This document shows, piece by piece, positions 1-9,466 of a stretch of DNA of 60,000 bases. Positions within the stretch are counted from its first letter, which is position 1. Each line of letters opens with the position of its first letter. Below the pieces are notes generated by a model that saw nothing but the letters and a program-made list of their open reading frames with translations, had not been told where the DNA came from and ran no database searches. The DNA comes from Camelus ferus (lineage: Eukaryota), in contig NC_045696.1 of the NCBI RefSeq assembly GCF_009834535.1, positions 120,654,001-120,714,000 of the forward strand, written 5' to 3'. The position numbers and the translations under genes were made by a program.

Positions 1-399
1 GTTGGATGTCAGTGCTGAGTGTGCTTTCAGCATTTAAATCTGGCCCATTAATCCAGTAGCTGGGACATGAAGCAACGCTCTCTTGGGGCCAGCCTCCACA
101 CCGAGTCATCACAGTCTGGTCACCTTCTCCTGGAATCCCTCATTAAGCCTTATGTAGGACGATAAGATTTTCTATCTAACGCACTAAACACAATTTCCAC
201 AGGACACATTTCAGCAATATAGATAAGTCATGTGTTTTACTGCCTGAATACGGCTCACTGGAAATGAGGGACTTTTGAAAAAGCAGGATGTTTAAAATTT
301 TAGGACATGTTAACAAAAATCGTGTGAAGGAGGAGAGCACCCACATGAACTAGAATAAAGAGGCGGAAACAGCCAGAAAACCAGACGTATGAGATGGCA

Positions 400-600
400 A
401 AGCAGGCGGCGTCTGCTCAGCTTGGCGGGGCTTCTTGAAATAACTTCGCAGCAGCCCGAGACTGGCACTGAGCACAGCCGAAGAGGCTCAGTGATTGGCG
501 GGGCCTGAGTCTGCGGCTCCATCTGGACAGCAAACTTCCTCTTGTTTCTCCGGGCGGGAACTCCAACTGCGCTGACTGCTGCCGGAGAGGGCATGGCCCT
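400..600. promoter_or_regulatory. GC-box/CCAAT/ETS/E2F-like motif cluster (possible promoter or enhancer)
   Basis: TTGGCGGGGC twice (422-431, 495-504), ATTGG 494-498, ACTTCCT 534-540, GGCGGGAA 553-560; locally retained CpGs. Motif evidence only. Confidence 0.3.
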
Positions 601-719
601 GTCTTGAACTTGACCATGGTTTCACCTTTCTGGCAGGGCTTTGGACCCTCCCAAGGACCAGCCTGCATTTCTGGGACTTGAAAGGTATTGGGAGGTCTCC
701 TTCCTCATGACTTGCTTCT

Positions 720-965
720 CTATGGAAGCTTTCCTAACACATTCATGTAGACTTGGAAGCTCCCGTTGTGCTCCCATTGGACCCTTGTTACAAAATTTGT
801 TGAGTTAATTAATTTAATTGTGTGGCTATTTCCCCTACTCAGCTTGTTGATGGCAAATACCAAGTATCGATTAACACTTTTATTTCCCTATTGTCTTGTA
901 CAGGGCATTCACGGCACATCCCAAGTCTTCAATAAATGCTTCATGGATAAATGAATGAATGTTTG
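720..965 (+). mobile_element. L2 LINE 3' end relic
   Basis: Ends ...TCAATAAATGCTTCATGGATAAATGAATGAAT, the typical L2 terminus. Confidence 0.6.
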
Positions 966-1194
966 AATGCTTTTGTAATACTGTCATCTTTGCCCCAACG
1001 CAGGCTGAAATTCTATTATCAGTTAAATCATTTTCACTTAAATCACCCCAAAGTTCCTGGTGTGTCTATCAGTCACAGAAAGTATCCTACCTACTTCTAG
1101 GAAACTCAGAAACTTTCAGAGTTCTTCATGGAAGATAAGACTACTGAATGTATATAGTATATGTTCATTTATGTGTTATTTTTTGGATGATTAA

Positions 1195-1400
1195 TTATAA
1201 CTGACATTGAAGACTTACTGTGTCTAGGCCCTGTTCCTGGCACTTACATATATTCCCTTCATAAATCATTACTACAACCCCATGAAGTAGGTACTATTGT
1301 TTTCTTAAAGAAACTAAACCTAGGATGGTTAAGAAACCCTTCCAAGTTGACAAAACCCGTAGGTGCGAGAACCAGCAATGAACCTAGTGCCTGATCCCAG
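1195..1400 (-). mobile_element. MIR SINE relic
   Basis: CATTGAAGACTTACTGTGTCTAGGCCCTGTTC...ACAACCCCATGAAGTAGGTACTATT...GAAACT resembles the MIR core in reverse. Confidence 0.6.
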
Positions 1401-1658
1401 AGCCCCCACCTTACCCACTACGTGGCCCACCTCAGAGAACGATCTGTTCATCTGCCCAGGACACCGGACAGTGAAGATACACCTTCCAAGACTGTAAAGG
1501 GGGAAAGGAGACCTCAAAAAACAAAGTCACTGCATGTACAGGCAACGCCTACAATCTAAATTCTGTGACTCCCCTGCCAGTTCTTTGGTTTAATATTGTA
1601 CTAGTGAGCTACTCAATCCAATGGGCAAAATAGGGAGTGAGAGGGCCTTATAATTCTT

Positions 1659-2009
1659 TTTTTTTTTTCAGACTCTGCTAGGGATTTTAACTGAGACTTT
1701 CTCACATCTTTCTCAGTAACAGAACCACCAGATATACTATGAGTATAGCATAGGAGATCTTAACAAAATAATGAACTAATTTGACTATAGATACATATAT
1801 ACATATCAATATAGAGAATATCTATTTATTAATTGACCTACATGGAATAAACCCCCAAATGGACTACTTCACTGCAATGAAAAGATACTATTATATTCAA
1901 GAGCAGGAATAAATTTCACCATCAAAATGGAGTCATACACAAAAGAACATACATTATATGAATCCCATTATAGAAAGCTCAAAAGGAAGCAAAATTAATT
2001 GGTGGTGCT
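1659..2009 (-). mobile_element. Retroposed insertion (poly(A) plus 18-bp TSD) whose body is ancient antisense L1M debris
   Basis: TSD GAGGGC(C/T)TTATAATTCTT at 1641-1658 and 2010-2027; T10 at 1659-1668; the body resembles decayed L1 on the + strand. Confidence 0.7.
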
Positions 2010-2319
2010 GAGGGCTTTATAATTCTTATGTGCAAGCAGATTTCAGTGTCTCCATTATCTTCCTTTTGGTTGTTAGCCTTGAGCTTGTGTTCTTACTTTT
2101 CCTCTTTATTCTAGTTCATTTGCTTCCTATTATTCTCCCAGATACCTGATGCAAGAAACGGACCAGAGAATGGGGAGACACATGGATCTGAGGTAAAGGT
2201 GTAAACCGGGGAAGAAGGTGGTTAGGACCACCAGTGTATAAGCATCTCTGATCCACGACCCTCCCTGTGACAGCATCAGTCCCCAGAAGGTTGAAGGGCA
2301 CTGCCCCAAGACCCACAGA

Positions 2320-3150
2320 AGAAAAAAATGCCAATAAATATATGAAAAGATATTCAATTTCATGAGTGATCAGGCAAATAAAAAATTAAACATCAATGAG
2401 GTGCCATTTCATATCCACCAGGTTGGCAAAATTTCTTACATCTGATAACACTGCATATGGGGAAAAGGGAACATTTAATTTCTGCTGGTGGGCCTGTAAA
2501 TTAATATAACCACATCAGAAAGTGATCTGGCAGTACCCGTTGAAGTTGGAGATTTGCGATACTCTGTGTCCCAGAAATTCTGCTTCTACCTGTGTCCCTG
2601 CAGAAACTCTCCTATACACATATTCAAGGATGTTATTTGAAACATTGTGCTGTAATAAAAAAAAGTTAGAAACATAAGTATATGTGAATAATAGAATGGA
2701 TAAACAAATTCATATACATTCAGATGATGGAATACTGCATAGCAATAAAATCATTAAACTTGATATGTCAACATAGATTCCAAAAACAAAATGTTCCGTG
2801 AGGAAAGCAAGTTAATGGATGAGATGTCATAACAGTCTGATAACATTTATATCAACTTTGAAAACACACAACCATTCTACGTATTTTTCGTAAATATGTG
2901 CATATAAAACAGAAGCATAACCACACACCCAGGAAGGAAGCACCCCAGCATCGGAGCAGGGGCTGCCTCTAACTAGGACTAGTGTAGAGAACAAAGGTGA
3001 CCGTATGTTTCCTATTTCCTTTCTTTCAAAAAATAGTCTGAAGCCAACAGGACAAAATAATAAAATGTGTCAACTCTAGATAGTTGCTGTTCAGATGTTT
3101 GTAATGTTATTCTTTCTGCTTCTCTGTACGTTTGAAAGATTTCAGTACGA
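2320..3150 (+). mobile_element. Old L1M (L1ME-like) ORF2 end and 3' UTR relic
   Basis: AAATGCCAATAAATATATGAAAAGATATTCAATTTCA...AATGAGGTGCCATTTCATATCCACCAGGTTGGCAAAA...AATGGATAAACAAATT, a diverged L1 3' region. Confidence 0.65.
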
Positions 3151-3737
3151 ACACAAACGTTGTCCTACACTAAACACTTTCAGAGCAGTTACTCATAGGG
3201 TCTGGTAAGAGAAGCTACAATTAAGGACAAAGATGCTTGAAGACAGAAATGGACCCAGACAGCTCCAATGCTGCAGGGACGATGCAGTATAGTCGAAGCC
3301 TGGCTCTCTCCACATCCTCTAGAGCACAGGGCAGTTCCTCTCCACAGCCAGCCGTGGTCACTTCCCAGCAGGAAGGACAGTTTGGACCTGTCAAATAGCC
3401 TTCTAATTTCTCTTAAAGTCAGGTGGCGCATCTGTGATTCATGTTACAATGTTGCTTATTTTTGGTAAATCCTGCCACCCACACAGGTATGAAACTGACA
3501 CGATTAAAGAAAATTCAGTTTCCAGTAAAATATGGTAGGTACCAACTACAAAAAAAAATTCCTTAAGTGAGCCGAACCAAATCTTTTTGGTGCAAAATTC
3601 TTGTTTCCTTTGTGGTCTTTTCTTACATCCAGATTCTTGTTGTTGAAAGACTTAAAAAAAAAATAATATTTGGAGGACTTGGGAGCCAACTTGAAGAGAT
3701 GTCCCACAGATGGGACAATTTTCACATGAATAAGGGG

Positions 3738-4209
3738 TGTCAGCTGAAATAAAAACACACAACATGAGAGTTGTGAGTTTCTGTTTTATCTGAGGATTAC
3801 TGAGGACAATAGCCTCGGAGACAGCCTCTCAGAGAGCTCCGAGGAACTGCTGCAAAAAGGTACCGGGGGAGGTCAGCAAGTGTGTGATTTTGGAAAATGG
3901 GGTACATACAACCAAGTACACATCTCAGTAAAAGGTTGCTGCTAGTCACGAGGAAAAGACATCTTAGTTAATGATTTCAGTGCTTTTCTAAATATGGGAA
4001 GATGCAAGAAATTAGATTCATAGCATTTTCTCTTGCAAGTATCTAACTCTCTGAAGGTCTGTTCTGCCAGTTTTTCCCAGAGCACGGAGCACCCCATTCC
4101 TGATCTCCACCCTAAACTCCTCTCAGGGTGTGCTGAAGGTTAGTGACTGCCGTGACTCATGATGTCATTCTTGTAGAACCACATGGTGAGTAATATTCTT
4201 TAGTTGGCA
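3738..4209 (-). mobile_element. Solo ERV1-type LTR (same family as 37404-37919)
   Basis: TG...CA termini, near-TSD GGGG/GAGG; the reverse complement aligns along its length with the LTR at 37404-37919. Confidence 0.8.
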
Positions 4210-4254
4210 GAGGTCTAAACACGTCAAATATATTTATATCTCTAAGTTCATTAT

Positions 4255-4288
4255 TACACACACACGTGCGCACGCGCGCACACACACG
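4255..4288. repeat. Alternating purine-pyrimidine (CA/CG) microsatellite
   Basis: TACACACACACGTGCGCACGCGCGCACACACACG. Confidence 0.85.
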
Positions 4289-4299
4289 AACACACAGCT

Positions 4300-5070
4300 A
4301 GTTGGTCACCTTGGAGATGCTTTCGTTTTGAAAACTGGTAAATGAAAGAATTATTTATTCTGCCTTTCCTATGAGAACTATATCACCACATAAATAACAG
4401 ATGTGGCAGGATGTCTCTTCGTAAATGATTTCCAACAAATAAATGAAGAAGGAAAGCAAGAATGGGAATATTGTCATTTTGCAACCCCTAAAGGATTAAA
4501 TCATCTGGGCATTAAACATCCTTAGCTGCTCAGGGCAGGACAAAGGGGACCATCAGATACTATGTGCTTCCTGATGAATGCACACCACTGATGAAACAGT
4601 CTTGCTGAAACAATCAAATCGGAATCTAAGCCTCAAGATCCAGCACCAGTTTACAGGAACACAGAGGGCAGAGGAAGGTGTTAGGAAGGGAATCAAATCA
4701 GCAGATTCAGGCAGCGGGAAAGTATTGGTTAAATCATCATGTTTCTACAACAAATAATTGCAAGGTGAAAAAAAAAGAGAGGAAGAGGAAATCTGTAAAT
4801 TCAGAGACTCAAAGACTAACCTTAAAAAAAAAAAAAAGCAGGCAAAACTAAATTGCAGGCAAAACCAAATTACAGAGTTTAGAGCTCAGCACACTTGGGC
4901 TGTGAAACTGCACCCCAAAATAAGTAAGCGAATATTACAGCATCAAGACCGCTGAGTCCTGGGGTAAGGACGCATTGTGGCTGAACAGGCACGCGTTGGG
5001 AAGTCTCTTCTGACGGGAAAGGTGGTTTCAAGGATGTTTTCCTTCTAATGATCCATCAAGCTGTGTGGAC
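4300..5070 (+). mobile_element. Old L1M (L1MC/MD-like) 3' UTR relic
   Basis: GAAAACTGGTAAATGAAAG...AACAAATAAATGAAGAAGGAA...ATCTAAGCCTCAAGATCCAGCACCAGTTTACAGGAA resembles an ancient L1 3' UTR. Confidence 0.45.
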
Positions 5071-5772
5071 TGTTGGTTAAAGAGGGAAAGTCTACAGAAC
5101 ATATGTATTGAAATATAACAAGATGATATGGGGAAAAAATATTATTACTACTAATTAGCCTCAAGCAGGACTTCAATAGGTCTGTAAATTGCATGATTCT
5201 TACCGAAAGCTTTGACATCACATCAAGCAATTACAAAAAACAGTGTTAAAAAGAGGAAATACAGTGGTAATTATATTCCATTTGGCTTTTAACTTGCTGG
5301 ATGTAAACAGTATGTATATTGGCCACATGTGATTTATCAACAGATGTCTGAAGCCTTGTCTTCTGTCATGTCATTTAAAAAGTCAAACCTAAAAAGCTAA
5401 ACACAAGCCTGTTGATATCTTAAACTGCAAAAATGCAGGGATTCCAAACATTAGATCATGAAAAGGATTTGAAATCTTTTTGATGCCATAGAACAAAATT
5501 AAATTTTATTTCTGCATTTTAGTATATACTGGGCCTCAAAGCCAGACACAGCATAAAATGTCATACCCTACTTTACTAGCTGATAATTATTACAGAGTTA
5601 AAAGTAAATTAAACAACATGCATTTATTATTAATTGGGGGTAGTCAAGATTTGTCTTTTTATATTACTGACATTAAGGAATGTATTTAAAATAAACTTTG
5701 TAATACAATAGCTATAAATTTTTGCATCAGTTCTCTTAATTACAGCATGCTGTAAAAATGATTTTTAAAATA

Positions 5773-6111
5773 GGGGACATTGCCAAGGTGCTGGAGTAGA
5801 AAGACACGGTGCTCACCCCCTCCCACCACCAAAATCTATATCTGCATATGGAACAATTCTCACAGAACACCTACTCAACTTTGGCAGAATATCTCTTACA
5901 ATCAGAAATAAGAGGAAATTCCTCACAAAACCGGATAAACAACAAGTTTGTACTCTATAGCCCAGGGAACTATGTTCAATATCTTGTAGCAACCTATAAT
6001 GAAAAAGAATATATATGTATAACTGAGTCACTATGCTGTACACCAGAAACTGACACAACCAGAAACTGACACAGCATTGTAAACTGACTATACTTCGACT
6101 TAAAAGGAAAG
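5773..6111 (+). mobile_element. Internally deleted or spliced L1: 5' UTR start fused to 3' UTR end
   Basis: 5773-5934 resembles a laurasiatherian L1 5' end (GGGG...CAAGGTGCTGGAGTAGAAAGAC...CTCACC...GGAACAATTCTCACAGAA). 5935-6111 is an L1 3' UTR matching in-window copies (7985, 53733). Short TSD AAAATA at 5767-5772 and 6112-6117, at a TTTTT/AAAA site. Confidence 0.7.
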
Positions 6112-6359
6112 AAAATAAGTGAATTCAAAAAGGATCTGCGAGATTATATATTTCTCTAATTCGAAATGGTAATAAACTCTTATTCATATGTTGGCTCCCA
6201 GGGCAAATGTCTGTTTTATAAGCTTTTCCTGATTTTGCCTGATGGAATGAGTCAGTCTCTCTTCCATGGTCTCTCAGCCTGTGGTGCCTTGACTTCCGTG
6301 ACTGCAAACACAGAACCATATTGTCATTTATTGTCACTTATCATTTTGAACATCTGTCT

Positions 6360-6555
6360 CCACCCAGACTTGTCAGATAAAACCCAGAGTACCCAGTTAG
6401 ATTTGAATTTCAGATAAGCAAATAAATTTTTGGTAGAAGTATGTCCATGCAATACTTGGTACATACTTACACTAAAAGTTTTCATTTGTTGTTTATCTGA
6501 AATTCAAATTTAACTGGGCTCCCTCTACTTTTATTTGCTAACGCTGGCCATCCTG
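6360..6555. mobile_element. MER53 hAT-type palindromic MITE
   Basis: Long inverted arms CCCAGTTAGATTTGAATTTCAGATAAGCAA and TTGTTTATCTGAAATTCAAATTTAACTGGG, with central AAGTATGTCC...GGTACATACTT; matches MER53 as I recall it. Confidence 0.85.
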
Positions 6556-6614
6556 GTCTCCACCATAAGATCGTAAACAACTTAAAACTGTGTTTTCTAT
6601 AATGTCATTCTGGG

Positions 6615-6660
6615 GTGTGTGTGTGTGTGTGTGTGTGTGTGAGTGAGTGTGTGTGTGTGT
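6615..6660. repeat. (GT)n microsatellite, interrupted
   Basis: Seen directly. Confidence 0.95.
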
Positions 6661-7022
6661 ATGATTGCCTAAATTCTGGAAGGACACAAAAGAAAACAAC
6701 TAATAATGATTGCCACTAAGAAGTTTCAGTCTTGGAGAAGCGGTGACTTTCTCTTCTGTACTGTTTACCTTTCTATCACTAGCATGTATTAATTTTGCAA
6801 TAAAATCCCGTTTTTAAAAGATCATGAGCAACTTGAGAGTAGGAATAATTATTCTTCTTTACATCCTCATAATGCTTGGCATATATGCATAGTTTTCAGT
6901 AAATGTGTGTTGAGTGAATGAATGATGGAGCGAGATCTTTGAGAGCGCTTAGTGAAATCTACACGGCTGTTTGTTCAGTAAATACCCACGCAGCACATCC
7001 AGGGTTCCATGCACTCTGCTAG

Positions 7023-7173
7023 TAGCAGCAAGAAAGCGCTTTTTCATACGCACCAGCCATCTAACATCGCAGCTTTGAAATAACGCTTCCTAGGCTTATG
7101 ACTAATGGATTTTCAGGAGGTTGAATGGCTGTGTATAGCCCTTGATTTATACTGTTCAGTTGTCCTTATTGAC
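7023..7173 (+). repeat. Copy 1 of a ~150-bp diverged direct duplication (partner 8895-9046)
   Basis: Hand alignment gives about 76% identity with a single 1-nt gap; shared core CTAATGGATTT.CAGG.GGTTGAATG. Confidence 0.85.
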
Positions 7174-7189
7174 CATGAACCAAACAAAC

Positions 7190-7660
7190 AAAAAAGAGAC
7201 CTCCCCCCACTTTGTGGAGTCTGTATTCCAGTGGAGATAGACAGATGATAAGAAAGTAAACAAATACATTAAGATAACTTCAGACATGTATAAAAGTGTT
7301 ATTACGAGACAACCAGACAAGGTAAGGTGATAAAGAGTAATTGCAAGCTTTTCTGAGGAGGTGACATTGGAGATCTCACTGATGAGAAGAAGCCAGTCCA
7401 GGATAATCCAGGAAAAAACTTCAGAGCATATGGGGAGGATCTAGTGGGTGCTTAGCTTGCATGAGGTCCCGGGTTCAGTCTCCAGTACCTCCATTAAAAA
7501 AATCTAATTATCCTCCCCAAAACACAAAACACAAAAAACAAACAAAGCAAATGCACTGCAAAGCAATGACAGTGAGGAGGAACCAGCTAGCCATGTTGAA
7601 GAAACAGAAAAAAGGCCCCAAAATGCAAATCAAAACAGTGCTGGAGTTTCACAAAGAAAG
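7190..7660 (-). mobile_element. L2 LINE relic, interrupted by a SINE
   Basis: GGAGTCTGTATTCCAGTGGAGATAGACAGATGATAA...TCTGAGGAGGTGACATTGGAG...GATGAGAAGAAGCCAG, typical antisense L2. Confidence 0.6.
7432..7545 (+). mobile_element. Camelid tRNA-derived SINE (Vic-1-like)
   Basis: GGGGAGG...GCTTAGCTTGCATGAGGTCCCGGGTTCAGTCTCCAGTACCTCCATTAAAAA...CTAATTATCCTCCCC plus A-rich tail; B-box-like GGTTCAGTCTCC. Confidence 0.8.
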
Positions 7661-7679
7661 GTAGATGCACGTGAAGACA

Positions 7680-8620
7680 CACCCACCATCATCAGGGTTC
7701 AGGAAACTAAAAATTCAGACCACAATAAGATATCACTAGAGTAACAGAAATTTTAAAATCTGACCATACCAACGGTTGGTGAGGATGTGGAAGAACTGAA
7801 TACCTCGACTGCAGCTGGTGGGAATGTAAAATGGTACAACCATGTTGAAAAACGGTTCAGTGGTTTTTCTCAAACATACATTTACCAGACAATCGTATGT
7901 ATGCGTGTGTATGCATGTGACTACACCAAAGAGAAATGAAATATGTCAACACAAAGACTATACACATTACTATGTATAAAATAGATAAACAACAAGGACC
8001 TACTGTCTAGCACAGGGAACTGTATTCAATTTCTTGTAATAACCTATAATGGAAAACAATCCGAAAGGAAAAAATATATATGCATTATATATATAACTGA
8101 ATCACTTTGCTGTACACCTGAAACTAATGTTGTAAATCAATTACAATTCAATAAAAAATTTTTTAAAAAGACTATACACAAATATTCATATTAGCTTTAT
8201 TTATAGTAGCAAAAAAATGGAAACAGCCCACATCACCAACAATAGATGAGTGGATAAACTAATTGTGGTTTATCTGCACAATGGAAATACAGCTCAGCAA
8301 TCAAAAGAAGCAAAATACTGACACACACAACAATGTAGACAAATCTCAAGAACATTATGCTGAGTGGAATAATCTGGAACCCAGAGCATACACTGCGTGA
8401 CTCCATTGATGTGAAACCCTGGAACAGGCAAAAGTAACCACAGTGACAGAAAGCAGGTCACAGGGGAACTTTCTGAGGTGATGGAAATAGTCTCTGTCTT
8501 GATTGTGGTGGTGGTTATTGGGGTGTATCCATTTGCCAAAACCCATCAAACTTACATCCAATGTGGGTGCATTTTATTATACATGAATTATAGTCCAATG
8601 AAGTCAATATTCGTAAAAGT
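7680..8620 (+). mobile_element. Old L1M 3' region, host of a younger L1 3' end
   Basis: GGTGAGGATGTGGAAGAACTGAA...GCTGGTGGGAATGTAAAATGGTACAACC...GTGATGGAAATAGTCTCTGTCTTGATTGTGGTGGTGGTTA. Confidence 0.75.
7967..8166 (+). mobile_element. 5'-truncated L1 3' UTR insertion
   Basis: TSD AAAGACTATACACA at 7953-7966 and 8167-8180; AATAAA plus tail. Confidence 0.9.
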
Positions 8621-8894
8621 TCTAGAAGAAACAATGGATTAAAAGAGCTAAAAGGACTTAGGGTTTAGGATGGGGAAAAAAATAAGCATGCTGCAGTCCT
8701 CAGAGAGGGCTTCCTGGAACAAGGATTTTGAGGAGAGAAGCCAGGGAGAAGAAACTACAGAATCAAAGCAGGAGCATGAGGAATTCATACAGAGAAAAAA
8801 AGACAAAGACCATTACTATGTCTTGAAGTTAATTATTTTTTTAACAAAGTCATGTGGCTGAGGTTTTGCCTTTTATTACTTTCTCAGCATTGTT

Positions 8895-9046
8895 TAGCAG
8901 CAATAGAGCACTTTTTAAAAATGCACCAGTGATTAAATATTGCAGCTTTTAAATAATGTTTCTCAAGCTTTTGCCTAATGGATTTGCAGGGGGTTGAATG
9001 ATGGTGTCTGGTCCTTGACCTACACTGTTTAATTATCCTTATCGAC
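8895..9046 (+). repeat. Copy 2 of the ~150-bp diverged direct duplication (partner 7023-7173)
   Basis: See copy 1; followed by TGACTCA (AP-1-like) at 9047-9053. Confidence 0.85.
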
Positions 9047-9250
9047 TGACTCATGAAATTCCAGCGTGCGCAGCAGTGTGCTATAAATGAGGCTTTGTTC
9101 CTTTTGTGAAATTGAGAGCTAGCTCTCTGCCTTTCCTCCTGGCTCGTGATCAAGAATCGGGCTGCATCTTCTCCCCACTGCTGGAGACAGAAACCCAGCA
9201 AGACAAACAACCACAGAAATGAGATCTTGATATTCTATCAGAAGTCTACA

Positions 9251-9466
9251 TGATACTGACAGGTATATGTAGAATAGATAAACAAGATTATACGGTATAG
9301 CACAGGGAAATATATACAAGATCTTGTGGTAGCTCATGGTGAGAAAGAATGTGACAACGAATATACGTATGTTCATGTATAACTGAAAAATTGTGCTCTA
9401 CACTGGAAATTGACACAACATTGTAAACTGATTATAACTCAATAAAATAAAATTTTTTAAAAAAAA
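9251..9466 (+). mobile_element. Young L1 3' end (same subfamily as 22959-25869)
   Basis: Near-identical to 25672-25865; TSD AGAAGTCTACA at 9240-9250 and 9467-9477. Confidence 0.92.

Noticed and set aside
7023..7173. H/ACA snoRNA interpretation of the duplicated element
   Set aside because: The size fits, but no H box (ANANNA) or terminal ACA is shared by both copies on either strand.
8884..9210. 108-aa ORF over the duplicated element as a duplicated coding exon
   Set aside because: The paralogous copy has stops in this frame, and substitutions are spread across codon positions (12/10/7).
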